Assembly: GCF_000315625.1 (NCBI RefSeq)
Contig: NW_005434659.1
Coordinates: forward strand, 280,494 to 344,493
Source of the DNA: Guillardia theta CCMP2712
Lineage: Eukaryota; Protista; Cryptophyta
Direction of reading: 5' to 3'
Length of the DNA: 64,000 nucleotides
Part shown: positions 22,417-35,515 of the stretch, in pieces
Layout: each line of letters begins with the position of its first letter
Position numbering within the stretch: the first letter of the stretch is position 1
Program-made: the position numbers and the translations under genes
Notes under the pieces: generated by a model
What the model was told of the DNA's origin: nothing
What the model saw: only the letters and a program-made list of their open reading frames with translations
Database searches by the model: none

Positions 22417-24864
22417 TCACTCCCATCTCCTCCTCACCTCTTTCTGTGATCGACTCGCTTTCAGTCCATGGAGCACACAGCTGCGCAGGGTCAGTGAGCC
22501 CCTCCCTTCTCCTCCCTCCTCCTTCCCTATCACCTCACTGAACCTCCCCGAGCTCTGAAGGATTTTCAGCGCCCTTGCAAACTCCATCTCGATATCCTTC
22601 ACGGTATTCTCGTCCACGTATCTCCCCAGGTCCAGGTTGACGTCGAAGGGATCTTCTATGCAGATGACATGCCTGTGCAAACAGTGACTTCGCACAAATC
22701 TGATCCTACCCAGCAGACCTGTTCTTGTTGTTTCCTGGGACGTCCCAGCCCTTCGCTGTCTTCTTGAGGAGCCTGCCACTCCGGATGCTCACTACTCCCT
22801 CCCCTATCGAAAACACTGCAGACAAGCCTCAGCTGCTGTGGCTGAAAAGTGTTCCAGTACCGTTGGAGTAGAAGTGGAAGAAACCGACCAGAAGCAGCCC
22901 GAGCGAGCAAGGATTGTTCCTTTCTCCTATACCTGGCTACTGTCACTCCATGAAGAGGCCCCGACACGTTACCTGCTAACGACTCGACATTCCTGTAGAA
23001 GTAGCAGTCGTACTCCTTTCCCTCACATTGCACCGCGAAGGAAGAATCGTTCTTTTGCCTTGCTTCTTCCCGTTTCAGGTTTTGCAAGCATGGCAGAATT
23101 CTTTCATACTGCAGGTATTGGATGACCATCAAAGAATACGTGTACGAGCTGAGGTATCCTCTGAAAGCATTGTGGATTTGCCGTTGCTTCACCCAGTGTT
23201 TGATACACATGATCAGGGGCCTTACTCTGGCGTCGAGCATGGTGTAGGTGAAGAGCAGGTTGGTGTTGATGCAGGCAAGCACGTTATTCACACAGAGATC
23301 GCAGTCAAAGGAGAAATCCAGCCCATCCCTCGCTTGGAACTTGATGATAGGGACACGGGCGTTTGGCAGAGGCTCCACGTTCATCATTCCTTGCCTCGTT
23401 AGCAGCTTTGCGAGACCGATTAGGAAGTAACGAAACCGCGCTGTCTTGCGCTGCCCTTTCGCATTTCTCTGAATCTCTTCTTCAGGAATAAGAAGGCAGA
23501 TATCTACATCCGAGCCCTTCGAACAAAGGTTGCTGCCGGATGAGCCGAACATTTGAACGCTAGATCTCTGATAGGATCCTGCGATGATCTTGCTTACACT
23601 CGTGCAGACGCTCACTTTGCGGACCATTTCTTCCCTCGGGGGGGAGGTCTCCGCCACAAATCGTATGCAATCGTGAGAGAGATTTTCAGTGTCCTCCGCT
23701 TTCACCTTTTGAAACATCACTCGCGTGCAGAACGTCGGAGGTTTTGTGTCGAGGCTGGTCCTGAGGTACAGATCGCTGTCTTCAGCAGGGCCAGAGAAAT
23801 AGACTTTCTCGAGCTCCACATTGCTGATGAGCGAAGGACCCTGGGGATGCGGAGGTTGTCGATGGGCCATATTTTGATGAGCCTGAGCAGTGCCTACTGC
23901 GGTGGCGGGATGGATGTTCCTGGGAGGTTGAAGCTGTGGAGCATGCTGAAAGTTGGGATCAGCGTTCGGATATGCTGGGTTTGCAGGAGGTTGATGAGGC
24001 GCGAGCTGAATTTGTCTGGTGGCACCTGCACCTGCAGCCTCATCCCAAGGAGGCATGACACGGCCGCCCAACTGTTGTGGTGTTGGGTGACCCTGTGCGA
24101 AGCCACCAGGATTCGCCATGGCACGAGGAGCTCTGCCTTGGTCACTGAGATCCATCCTCTGCATCGCATGCTCGATCCCGTTGCTCTCCACCATCACAGG
24201 CACCTGGCCTGGTCGCTGCATGTTCGCAGGATGGCGAGGCTGATTCATCTGCTGCTGGCCTTGCATCTGCCTTTGCTGCATCTGCATCTGCATCTGCACC
24301 CTCATCTGCATCTGCATCTGCTGCAAGACCATGGGCAGGGGAGCAAGGCTCCATCCCCTCAGCGCTGCTGCTTCCTCTTCAAAAGGCCTCCGCTCAATAG
24401 GATGCATCATCAGCCATCTCTCCATCAACTGCACTCGTGGAGCTGCATTTCGGTTGGCAGTACAGAAAACGGCGAAAGGCGATGCTGCAGGGTGTGAGAC
24501 CATGATCTGACAGCATCGCATCGGGTGAGGAGAGCACAACAGGGCATGATTGTCCACATACCTGAGTCTGTATCTCCTGACCTACTTGCCCAGGGCATGT
24601 ATGGACCGACAACTTCACATCGAGGAAGTCTGGGTGCAAAGCTCCTGTTCTGACCGAGTGCAAGCACATGAAGGCCAGCATTTCTCGCCAAGCTTCTTTC
24701 TTCAGCTCAGGAGAAAGCTCGTTTTCGATCTCCACGTCGCTTGCAATTGCATTGCTCTGACTACATGGAGCTCTATATCAGTCACAGTTTCAGTGACATC
24801 GTGTGACAAACCTGCATTTACATAACGCTCGAACCAGCTCCTGAGCAAGCTGTTGCTGGCTCAT
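22417..24864 (-). CDS. Cid1/URT1/GLD-2-type terminal uridylyltransferase or non-canonical poly(A) polymerase with Q/P-rich N-terminal region
   Basis: FGSSGSNLCSKGSDVDICL (catalytic GS..DxD), NARVPIIKF, CDLCVNNVLACINTNLL, LSSYTYSLMVIQYLQ, ICIEDPFDVNLDLGR. The start may lie further upstream (~25030). Confidence 0.9.
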
Positions 24865-26511
24865 CGCTTTTTCCTTGTTTCCAGGGCAGCTGCAAAGGTA
24901 GGTTCAACCTCAAGAAAGCTTTTCTCTAATGACCGGCATTCGGAATTACTCTCATACATCCAATACCAGCGTTCCATCGAAAATAGCTCATCACAAATCA
25001 TTTCATTCCCTCTGTATTCCCCTTCCGTCTAAAAGCCGAGTTTTCTCCCATTGTCAGACGAATGTTAAATTTGCGCCTGCTTTCTAGACTCAAAAATTTT
25101 CTCTGCTCTCACCAGTCCCCATAGTTCTCATATTCGTCCTCCGATACCCAGACTCGCAATCTGTTCACTGTTGTTCTACCAACAATATCAGCATCCCCCA
25201 CTCTCGTACATGTCTCATCTTCCGTCCAGCCTCTACTGTCGTACTGCTTGTACATGTGTTATCGCGGAGGTGCATTAGTCTCCCCTGCTCTCGCTCAATC
25301 TTTATGCCCGTTAGTTCCTCCCTTCCCTACCATGCCTGCCGACAGTCCTTCCTCGTCATGGGCGGGAGGGCCTGGAATGCTCGCGGATCTTCTTGCTCTC
25401 ATTAGCGTTTCTGCTGCCTCATCTCTAACGCCCTTCTCTCCCCTTCCCTCCCGCCCCCGTCCCCTCCCCTCGCCCATCCCTGGTTTCCCTGCGCCATTGC
25501 CTCTGTACCTTCCCGGTGGTACAACGACCAAAAACATTTTAAAGATATTGGTATAAAATAAAATATTTCAGTTAAAATGTTAAAAAAAATGATACATATT
25601 TTGTTTGTAAAGTAATGACTAAATCACTCTTGACTTATCGATCGCCATACTGTCCACCCTATACAATTTCTCCCACTACGCTCATTCCAGAACTGACAAA
25701 TTGAAAACTACTCCTCTCTCCAGTACAAAATTGTAAAAACTAAATCATTGGTACTAATTACTTCATAATCTTCAGTATACATGATGTAAAAATATTTTAT
25801 ATGACAGTTACAGTACAGTCGTTTATTCTTTAACCGTCAACGGCCATGGCGCCTTGGCGGGCAGTAGGAGGGTATGGCGAAAATGGGAGGGTCTGGCTGG
25901 CAAGGGAGCAGGATACAGACACAGACGGGAAAATAAGCATGACACATGTCAGAGTTTTTTAGGAGGACTAGGATGTATGTTCTGATAGCAACGTGACTGG
26001 CGAACAAGGCAAACAGGGATAGGATCCATTTCATGTCGATCGAGATGTTGCTGTTCAAATGTGAAATATTCAACAAATGATTTCACCTCACAATCATTTT
26101 CATCTCATGACTTGAGTTGAAAGTCTATTTGTTTTGAGATGATTTCGATGCAAGAACTGAGGCTGACTAGGAGGGGTTCGGGGGTCAGAGCAGAACTTGG
26201 ATCTGACTGAACTTGCAAAACTTCCTGTATGCTGGATAGAGAGAAGGACTCAATCAGCTCTGAAATGCCCCTTCAGTTGAGATTGCGAGCAGAAGCAAAC
26301 CGATTCGTGCTTGATACATGTAGAATAGCCACAGCATCTTGCTCGTCTTTGAAAGCAAGAAAGGATCAACCATGTTCCTTGCTGATCTTTGTGGCAGGTT
26401 GAAATGAGTGAAGCTGTCCATTTGTGCTGCATAATTCCTTGACTTGCTCCACACCCGTACTCGTCGACGTGATATCCTCGGGGGCCAGGAGCTGGGACAT
26501 TCTTATCCGCA

Positions 26512-28652
26512 ATGGGCGACGTCGAAGTGCCCCCGGGAGTTTTCCCCATCTTCCTTACCAACACCACCCAGCAGATGTTCCACGTGGTGTCAGGGACAGA
26601 TGTAACCGAGCAGGCTCCTTACAAGAGGGTCTCGGTCGCCGAGATCCTCAAGGACATCCAGTTCCGCGGCGTCATCAGTGACTGGCAGCCGGCCAAGGCC
26701 CAGATAGAAAAGTTCAAGAACGGCGATGTGCCTGCTGAGGAGCTGGAGGTCCTGGTCGTCCTGGACGAGGATAATGTATACGGTCAGAACTACTACCTGT
26801 GCTACACGGAGGAGGCGGCTCAGAGTGTTATCGAGAAGTTTTCCAGCCAAAAGGAGGAAACGGCCCAGGAGGCAGTGGAGGAGGCGGCGGAGGAGGAAGA
26901 GCCCCCTCCCAAGGAGATCGTCGACCCTGACCTCGTCAACCGGCCATGGATCGAGTGGGTTCCGCCGGAGGGAGACACCAGCAAGGCCGTGAAGACGTCG
27001 GAGGAACTTGATGCGCTGGTTGTGCGGGACTCCCAGGGCCCGAGGCTGAAATTCAGCATGTCGAAGAAGCGAAAGCTGTTTGGAGTGGGAGGGAAGCTGA
27101 ATGACGTGGACCATATCGAGGTGGAGGACTTCAAGCCCTATCGTGACCCTCAGTACAAGGAAAACCAGGAGATGGGGCCAGGAGTGTATGGGACCAGGTG
27201 CCTGCTGCGAGATAGCGGCAACCAGTGCGTGTCGAGGACGGTGGAGATGTCGACTCAGACTCCCCGCTACCGTCTTGTGAACAGCATGGTGCAGTATGCT
27301 CCTATCATGCAGGAGCATACCGAGGAGGAGAAGGCGCTGCTGTGCTCTAACATCAACGAGATGCTGGAGAGGTCGGTCCCTCTTATCATGGAGGCCATAC
27401 AGACCAACGAGACGATCCAGGTCTTCCAGGATGACCTTGCGAACCTCGGGGACGAGGAAACTCTGGGCAACACGTCGGACAACGCGATCAAGGAGTACAG
27501 CTCTCCGTTCACTGACATCAACTACAGCAAGAACAAGATCATCTCAGCCATCGACTGGATGCCTGATGCCAAGGGAGTCGTGGCCGTTGCCTGTACCGAC
27601 CGATCGAGCCTGGACGAGCAGGTCGAGTATGACGGTAAGGTCCAGGTGTCTCATATCCTCATATGGAACTTCAAGGATCCCATTCACCCGCAGTTCGTTC
27701 TCGAGGCTCCATCGGATGTCCACAGCTTCCGCTTCAACCCCAAGAACTCTGACATCATCGCTGCTGGCCTGGCGTCAGGCCAGGTCCTTCAGTACAACAT
27801 CGGGCCTGCAAAGGAGCAGGCGGCAAAGAAGGAGAAGGGAGGAGCGGCCGCCAACGGCTCGGAAGAGGGCGCAGGAAGCAAGGATGAGGTGAACTTGATC
27901 AAACACGAGCTGAGCTCGACCATTGAGGGGAGCCATCGGAGAGCCATCAGCGACCTGATCTGGCTGCCTGCAAACAAAGAGGTCTATCCTCGCACCGGCC
28001 ACCTGATCCAGTCGACCATCACCGACGGCATCCCGCAGCAGTTCTTGACTGTCTCCTCAGACGGCATGCTGCTGTTCTGGGACTTGCGAGCGAAGAAGGA
28101 GGACAAGAGCGGATCGCTGGTCTGGACGCCCATCTACAGGATCCTGATGAACTCCCTCGAGTCCGCCGGAGATCTGAGCGGGAACCGGCTGTCTCTCAGA
28201 TCCGCCCTCGAGGGAGAGGATGCGACCAAGTTCAACATCGGGACGGAGGACGGGGAGGTCGTCGAGGGTAGCTGGATCCTGCCGGAGGAGGAGGGAGCGA
28301 CGTATCTCAAGTCTTCTTACACAGGACACTACGGTCCCGTTGTCTCGCTGCAGAGATCGCCCTTCTTCGACGACACGCTGCTCACCGTCGGCGACTGGAC
28401 CTTCTGCATCTTCAAGTCGGGGGCTAAGGAACCAGTCGTTCGCTCCTCCTTCGCCCCGACGTTCCTCACTCGGGGGAGGTTCAGCCCTACGAGGCCTGGA
28501 GTGATCGTCACGTCGCGGGCTGACGGATGTGTCGACGTGTGGGACCTGACGGACCGATCGCATGAAGCATCCTTGCAGCACAATGTTGGGCCGGTCGCCA
28601 TCACGGCGCTGGAGTTCTGGACAGACAACAATGCAAACTTGCAGGTGCGTTG

Positions 28653-28694
<42 letters not shown>

Positions 28695-28720
28695 GGAGGA
28701 GGAGGAGGAGGAGGAGGAGT

Positions 28721-28768
<48 letters not shown>

Positions 28769-29544
28769 GTAACGATTGGCATGATCACAATCGCGATCAC
28801 ATGAAAGTGTTCTCGTTTCGAGTGCACTTGCACACTCTATTTGTCTTACTACCTCCTTGTTCAGCTGCTGGCAGTGGGTGATGCTCAAGGCACTTTGCAC
28901 ATCCTCGAGATCCCCCGCAACCTCCGCCGTCCTCTTCCCAACGAGCAGACTCTAATTGACAGTCTCCTTCAGAGAGGTACTTGTTGTTCCCATTTCTCTT
29001 ATCACTGACCGCCCCTCCCCTTTCGCTCAGAGCTTGCTCGGGTCCGCTACATGCATACACGCATGGCGTTCAGAGAGAAGGAGCTCGCAGTGAAGGAAGC
29101 CGAGGACGAGGAGAAGAGGTCTGCACGTTCTCCTTGGTATCCACGAGTTCTTATAGCCCGCAGGCGTATAGAGGAGGAGGCAGCAGCGAAAGCAGCGGCG
29201 GAGGAGGTAAGAGCTCCTCCAAGGTGCAGCATGAATGATGTGTTGCGCTGCTAGGCGGCAGCACGAGAAGCTGCGGAGGCTGAAGCGCAGGCGCTAGCGG
29301 CCGGAGACGAGCAGGCAGCGGAGGAGAAGCCTGCTGATGTACCTTGTCTCCTTGGCCTCGCACGGCGTGACAAACCACAGGAGGGAGATGAGGCAAGTGT
29401 GCAGAAGCTGAGCAAGGAGGATGAGGATGCAGAGGCGAGGTGACCAAGGCTGGAGGTGGTTTGAGAAAGGTTTGATCTTTCCGCTTCAGGTACCGGGCGA
29501 TAGAGGCGCAATTCCGCGAGAAGCTGGATCTGAACAAGACCTGA
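26512..29544 (+). CDS. WDR63: Axonemal inner-arm dynein f/I1 intermediate chain IC140 (WD repeat)
   Basis: GVFPIFLTNTTQ N-terminus; ILIWNFKDPIHPQFVLEAP, SHRRAISDLIWLP, LQRSPFFDDTLLTVGDWTF, FSPTRPGV, DVWDLTDRSHE. After an intron: LLAVGDAQGTLHILEIPRNL. Confidence 0.88.
28654..28769 (+). repeat. Compound (GAT)n(GAG)n(GAT)n microsatellite inside a WDR63 intron
   Basis: Read directly. Flanked by GT donor at ~28645 and AG acceptor at ~28864; WD sequence resumes after it. Confidence 0.9.
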
Positions 29545-29569
29545 TGTTGCTACTGACCAGAGTGTCGGT

Positions 29570-30750
29570 AGAGTTGCTACTCACGATGAAGTCGCCATCA
29601 AGATATGATGCTGGGCTCATACACCTCTTGCTGCAACCTCGTCTGACGCGAAGAGCAGCTGGGGGTCCACAAGATCTCTGCCCTCCATCGGCCTCATCTG
29701 TAGAGGGGATACATCCCTCCTGCCTGCTCCGCCCCCCTCGGCTCCGGGGGGCTCATACCTGACACTGCCTCCTCTCCGTCCCATCACCTGCCCCGTGATC
29801 AGTCGTTAGCGAGGAAGAGGAGGAGAGCTCACGGGCTGAGGAGACTGTGACGGCGGGTGCGCTATGCTCTCCAGCTGGTGGAGAAGCTCCGAGGTTGGGC
29901 TGAGGGGGCGATCAGCCTCGCACACAGCCTCTGCTTCCGTCCCTCTGCTCCTCCTCCTGTTCCAGTTGACCTTGGGCATCCCTTCCGGCAAGGGATAACA
30001 TTCCACATCCTTCACCCTATGGAAGGGCAGCTCTGCCAGCCCCTTCTTGTCCACTCGGAAGGCCCGGTTATCGCCGTCTGACGTCTTGTCTGCCTTCAGG
30101 TTCACAAACCCATTGTGGCTCAACGGCTTTGCCTTCTTGACATCACCATGATCCTGCTTGTCACCTGGCACACCACAATCAGCCACCAGAGCATGGTTCA
30201 AGGAGCTTACAGCATGTGGCTGCCTCTGCCAGTGGCTGCGAAAGGAAGTCTAGTCCGTCAGACGATCGAGATCTATCACAAGATGCCACGTTGCCCATCC
30301 TCGACGAGCTCCAATCGATCAGAGTGTTTGTTCAGCGATCATCCTCCTCCTCCCCGTTACCGGCTGACCATCTTGGCATATCACCGAGTCCCCGCCCTCC
30401 GGCCATGCCCATCGGATACACCCACCCCCTGTAATAACCATCGGAGTTCTGAAGAACGAGGGGTGGTGAATATCCCGATTGTTTTTTTCTGTGCTGTCAA
30501 GCTGATGGGGGAAGGATTTTTGCTGTAAGAGTAAAAGAGACTCGGGAGAAGAAACGAAGGAGAGAAGAGAACAGGATGGAGAAGAGGAGTAGAGGAGTAG
30601 AGGAGTAGAGGAGAACAGAAGAAGACAAGTAGAGGAGTAGAGAAGAACAGAAGAAGACAGGAAGAGGAGTAGAAGACACATGCCCTACCTCTTGAACATT
30701 CTCCTTCACCTCTTTCTTGCAAAGCTTCGTTTCGTCTTGCACTGACTTAT
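29570..30750 (-). CDS. Possible multi-exon hypothetical protein
   Basis: Coding-like stretches (e.g. KKGLAELPFHRVKDVECYPLPEGMPK) separated by pyrimidine-rich intron-like tracts. Not assembled. Confidence 0.3.
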
Positions 30751-31223
30751 CTTGTGCACGTCACGATGAAACACAACTAGAAACTCACTTGAATGAGCGA
30801 AGAGCCTAGCAACGATACTCACAGCCCACTCTCTATCCTGAATGATTGGCGCAGTGAACCTGCCACTCACGGTAAAGTGAAAGTGATGTTCAAGTGAATG
30901 AACCAACTTTCAAACACGTCCAGCGATGGTTAGCACTAGAGAAACAACATCCATGTGCAAGAGCAAGGGGTCGGATGCGGGTTCAAGAATTCATGGTCAG
31001 GATAAGCAGGATTAATTTGCATTCTTTCATTTGCCATTCAAGGAATTAAAACAAAATCTGCATGAGGAGAAGGAAAATCGACTTCTTCCATTGTTAGAGC
31101 TCGCTTGTTGATCACGCAGACCTGAAGAATTTCAAGTCGCGGTCAGCAGATGCCCGCTGACTACCCGAGTCGACCCGTTAACACCCTTTAAAAGAACAAC
31201 CTCCATCGCAGGGAATCTTAGCC

Positions 31224-32327
31224 TCAGTTGTGGCTTTCAAACAACCAGTGCTTCACTGAGATAGAGGATCTCCTTGCTTCCTCGTCGTCAAAGTCCTTCC
31301 ATACAGCCAGGAGCTCACTCCTTCCTCGCTCCGGAGAGAACTGCGAGTACTGAACCTGATAGATCCCCTGCAACAACCTTCCTGGACTCAATTGCCCTGT
31401 GGCAGATCCCGGGCTGGCGAACCGTTGGTAGGGAGCAGATCTAACATGGACTCTTTCTTGGGCTTCTACCTGTCTTGCGGACTCAATCTCGACGAGAATC
31501 TTCAAGGACTCTGCCCAGATGTCGTGCAGTCTGTTCTGTTTTTCCGGTTCGGCGTCCAGTCCCCGCTCCACTTCCGTTGTCCCTCGTTTCATGCTCAGGA
31601 CGTCATTCCTGCAGAGACGCGCGAAGGATCGAGCTCGCTCCATATCACCAGCCTTGAACGCCTTCTGTGCCTGCAGCAAAAGTTCTCTCGGTCCCTCCAA
31701 ACGAGCGCTCCTGGTCTGGCTCGCCGAAGTCTCCCTCAGCCTTGGCAGCATGTTGGAATCTTGGCCGTCCAGAGCCTCCATGAGGTCTGCGAGCAGCATC
31801 TTCAGCTTCTTGCCCTCGTAGCCCTTGGAGATCATGTACTCGTGTGTTCCCTTGATGATCGAGTAGACGATGGCGAGGTTGCACATGCGGCCCTCCAGGT
31901 CTTGACTCCTCATCACGTGCCTCTGGACAAAGTCCGTGCCGCACAGGATCTGCTCGAACTCCTTGTACATCTGGCTGGCTGCCGCAGGATCGCTCTGGCA
32001 CGTGCATATCTTCAGTATCTTCCCCACTCTCTCTCGGAGAAATGGCTCGATGTTGGGTTCATCGATCTGCAAGCAGAGGTCCAAGAGAAGCTTGTAGAAA
32101 GACTCTGACGCTGTCTCGGTGACAGGCACCGGGTTCTGACCGGTCTCATTGAGCGATTCATCCTTCACGCCTGACTCAGCAAGCTCGGACTGAGCAGCAT
32201 CACTGCGCGGCGACGAATATTGTTCCACGTCAGACTTCACGCTGGTCCATACAGGGGGTGCCGTTGCGCCTTTCAGAGCTTGCAATGCCTCCGCCCTCTG
32301 GCTCAATTTGCTGTTGGGCGATGACAT
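31224..32327 (-). CDS. Hypothetical protein (367 aa, helical)
   Basis: Long ATG-started ORF with coding-like codon usage; no recognised family. Confidence 0.65.
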   Translation of the reverse strand: MSSPNSKLSQRAEALQALKGATAPPVWTSVKSDVEQYSSPRSDAAQSELAESGVKDESLNETGQNPVPVTETASESFYKLLLDLCLQIDEPNIEPFLRERVGKILKICTCQSDPAAASQMYKEFEQILCGTDFVQRHVMRSQDLEGRMCNLAIVYSIIKGTHEYMISKGYEGKKLKMLLADLMEALDGQDSNMLPRLRETSASQTRSARLEGPRELLLQAQKAFKAGDMERARSFARLCRNDVLSMKRGTTEVERGLDAEPEKQNRLHDIWAESLKILVEIESARQVEAQERVHVRSAPYQRFASPGSATGQLSPGRLLQGIYQVQYSQFSPERGRSELLAVWKDFDDEEARRSSISVKHWLFESHN

Positions 32328-33410
32328 GAATACGGATCCTCTGAGTTCGACCCTTGTACACAGCTGTCTATGCCACCTCCAAGACCGTCAAAAAAGTTGT
32401 CATGACCTGGAAACCACTCGCTGGAATTCAAATCCAAAGGCACTGTTCTATCAATACAAATTGGTCAGAGCCAGGAAAACGACATGACAGTGAACTGCAA
32501 TGAGGCAGCTTAGTGGGCCACGATAAGTCATGGAAATGTCAAAGGAGTGAGGACTAGGACTATCTCTGAAACTAACTGAGCCAGCACAAAAAGTCTGAAC
32601 CTTATACGTCTTCTACGAGTTTGAGGACTTTCTGACTCGACCCCCTAGCTGATGCGACCGTTGAATGAGCCATCTCCTTGCCTCTGCTCTGCTTCTTTGC
32701 TTCTCCTCACCTCCTCCTCACCCACGACTCTCGTCAACACTGATCAAGTTCCTTCGGTTCTCATTTCTTGCCTCAGTCGGGCAAGTTCATTGTTCCTCCG
32801 CCGGTTTTGACTCACCGCAGGTTAAACTCCGAACCCCCGACAAAACCCCTCATCACCCCTACTATCGACGTTCACAGTACCGGTGATACAGTTTGAACCA
32901 CGGGTGGTCTTCCCCTGCTGACTTTGAGTGTACGCAGAGAGCTAACCGGTCGGAATCGGGTCGCCCGGCCGGAGCCTCCGTCGCCCGGCGGCCCGGCCGC
33001 CTTTACTACCCGGCGGCTACTGAACTCGGAACTTATTAGGAACTATGGGTGAAGCGACCCAAAGGCGTAGGTTGAGGGTGGGTAGGTGGATGACAGAAGG
33101 GGGTGGGGGTGGTTTTGGATCTGTTTGGTAATTGAAAGGTCCTCAAAAATTTCGTTTCACACTGATTAAATGAGGGATTTTAACAGAATTATATAAGAAA
33201 ATTTGGGGAAAAAGCCGAAATAGGTTTTCAAATTTGGTGAGAAGGAATGGGGTGATGCTGCTGATGTAGGGGGGTGCTTGAGACGAAGGGGTACTGTATC
33301 ACAAAGCGCAATGCCGGAGATCGTTTTGAACACAAGGCAAGTAATGCATGGGAACCCGATGGCGCTAATGCTCATGATACTCATGGCTATAGATTTGCTC
33401 CTGAAAATGA

Positions 33411-33451
33411 GCAGGGTCAGGGTCAGGGTCAGGGTCAGGGTCAGGGTCAGG
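33411..33451 (+). repeat. (TCAGGG)n hexamer tandem repeat, ~6 copies
   Basis: gcagggtcagggtcagggtcagggtcagggtcagggtcagg read directly. Confidence 0.9.
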
Positions 33452-33659
33452 AAGCAAGGAATAGGGAAGTTATTAGGATGGTACTTGATCCCGATGCAAG
33501 TCCAAGGTTGTTATGTAGGGTGAGGAATCTGCCCAAAGAGAATTTTGATTTTGTGGAAAAACATATCCTATAGTTGGACAGATCAAGTTTTCTTGATGTA
33601 TTACACTAACACTGCTCGATGCTCTTTTGTTTTTGGCTAATTTCATTGCGACTTGACAG

Positions 33660-34329
33660 GAAGGAATTCGACGACTGTTTAAAGAGCGCGGGATCGAAAC
33701 TGGTCGTAATAGATTTTTTTGCCACTTGGTGTGGACCCTGCAAAATTATCTCGCCGTTTTTCCATGAACTCTCAGAGAAGTACCCCCATGTCGTCTTTGC
33801 TAAGGTGGACTGCACTGGTTCACTTTGCGTCTTGTTCCATGACAAAGCGACTAGGTTGATGTCGACCAGAACGAAGAGACAGCCCAGAGTTGCGGCATCA
33901 GTGCCATGCCAACGTTTCAATTCTACAAGAATGGCAATCTTGTACATACGGTATCCCATGCTTGTTGACTGAGATATGGCATGTTGCTGCCGCTCTCAGT
34001 ATTTTTGTTCTTTGTCCTCTAGTAGCAATCGTGTTCCTTTTACTTGCACGCTGCTGAAAGAGGATCCTTCCTGACAACTTCTCAGATGAGAGGAGCAAGC
34101 AAAGAGGGGCTCTTGCAAGGAATTCAAGAGCACTCAGGCAATGCTGCGGACTCCCTCATGTTTGACCGAGCCACTCACTGTCCTGGCAGGAGACTCTTGG
34201 TCTACTTTGTCTGGAGGTCAGAAGCTCTCGGATGGCGCAGACTCTAGAAGTGCTGACCCGAGAGCTGCTGCTGCTGCTGCTGCTGAGAGAAGGGCAGCAG
34301 CAGCAGCTGCTGCTGCCTCCCAAAAGTGA
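33660..34329 (+). CDS. Thioredoxin with C-terminal extension; multi-exon, first exon upstream not resolved
   Basis: [35 protein letters not shown]|[27 protein letters not shown], then RGASKEGL and [11 protein letters not shown]...[13 protein letters not shown]. Confidence 0.92.
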
Positions 34330-35055
34330 CACTCTGACCTTGGACTTGGGTGTGGCGACTAGTGCTCTCCGTTGTCTAATCATATCACAGTGACCGTACT
34401 GAACCTCAGGCTCCGCAAGGGGTGAGTGTGTCGAACTAGAAGAAATTACTGATAAAAGGACCCGAGCCGATCCGACCATGATGTAACTTAGTACCGTCCG
34501 AGAATCGCCGGAACGGGGGCCTTGCCAGGGTTCAACGGTTGCCCATCGCCCTGCAGACAAACGGTGAGCGGAGTCACGGCTGCGCTGCCCAGTCACTCAG
34601 GCCAGTGGCACACTGCGGCCCGGCGAGTGGGCGATCGGGCTGATGATCCGATCCGGTGATGGATCGCATGGGCCAGCGGCGTGCCAGTCAAACTCTCCTG
34701 TAAACCATGACGACCCTTACTTGAAGGTCGTCCGAGTCATCATGCTCGGATGGCAGTGAACTTGAATGCGGCTTGGAAACTCGCAAGTCTAACAAACTCG
34801 TGCTCCGTCAACCGTTCCGATCAGCGGACCCGGCCGGCCGGGGCCCCGCCGGAGGGCATCCGGCGAGTCATCACAGACCGGACATCCGATGCCATGATCC
34901 GTCCGATCCTTCCACTCTCCCGATCACTGACTTCCGTCATCCGTTTCGGTACCTCGAGGGTGGGGTAGGAAAAGAGTGATATCGGGGGGTGAAGGTGATC
35001 GTTCTAATCTGAGATCCATGTCCCAATGGAATTGGACTGCAAAGAGGGAATCGGA

Positions 35056-35181
35056 GGAGGGAGGGAGGGAGGGGAGGGAGGGAGGGAGGGAGGGGAGGGA
35101 GGGAGGGAGGGAGGGAGGGAGGCAGGGAGGCAGGGAGGCAGGGAGGCAGGGAGGCAGGGAGGCAGGGAGGCAGGGAGGCAG
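35056..35181 (+). repeat. (GGGA)n followed by (GGCAGGGA)n purine-rich tandem repeat
   Basis: Read directly; similar arrays at ~45305-45360 and ~63865-63965. Confidence 0.9.
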
Positions 35182-35515
35182 GTGAGAAGCTGGCAACCAG
35201 GAAGAGATGGAGGAAAGTTCTGCAGCTATGGTAGATCCTGGTGCTTGAAGCTGAAATAGACTGAGAATATTTCGGGAAGGGAGCGATTTGCGGGATAGCC
35301 GCTCATGGAAAGAGCAGTGGAAAGAGCAGAGCAGGACACCTAGGATGATGACAGGATGTAGTAGGAGATCAGCAATGAGAGAGCCATTTGTCTGATTGAC
35401 TGAAGTTGACACATCTATCGCTTTCTGTTCTCCATTCCGACTTTGTTTCACGAATTGCTGGGTCGTATATTCGAGCATTGCTCCTTCCTCTCTCTAACGG
35501 TCTTCTTACTTCCAG

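Noticed and set aside
24780-25030. Apparent TCTP-like motif (GNEMICDELFS...LEVE) upstream of the nucleotidyltransferase
   Set aside because: The similarity depends on reading through an intron and switching frames; not supportable.
28645-28881. Poly-Asp/Glu C-terminus of the 789-aa ORF
   Set aside because: Intronic microsatellite read-through; WD40 sequence resumes after the AG at ~28864.
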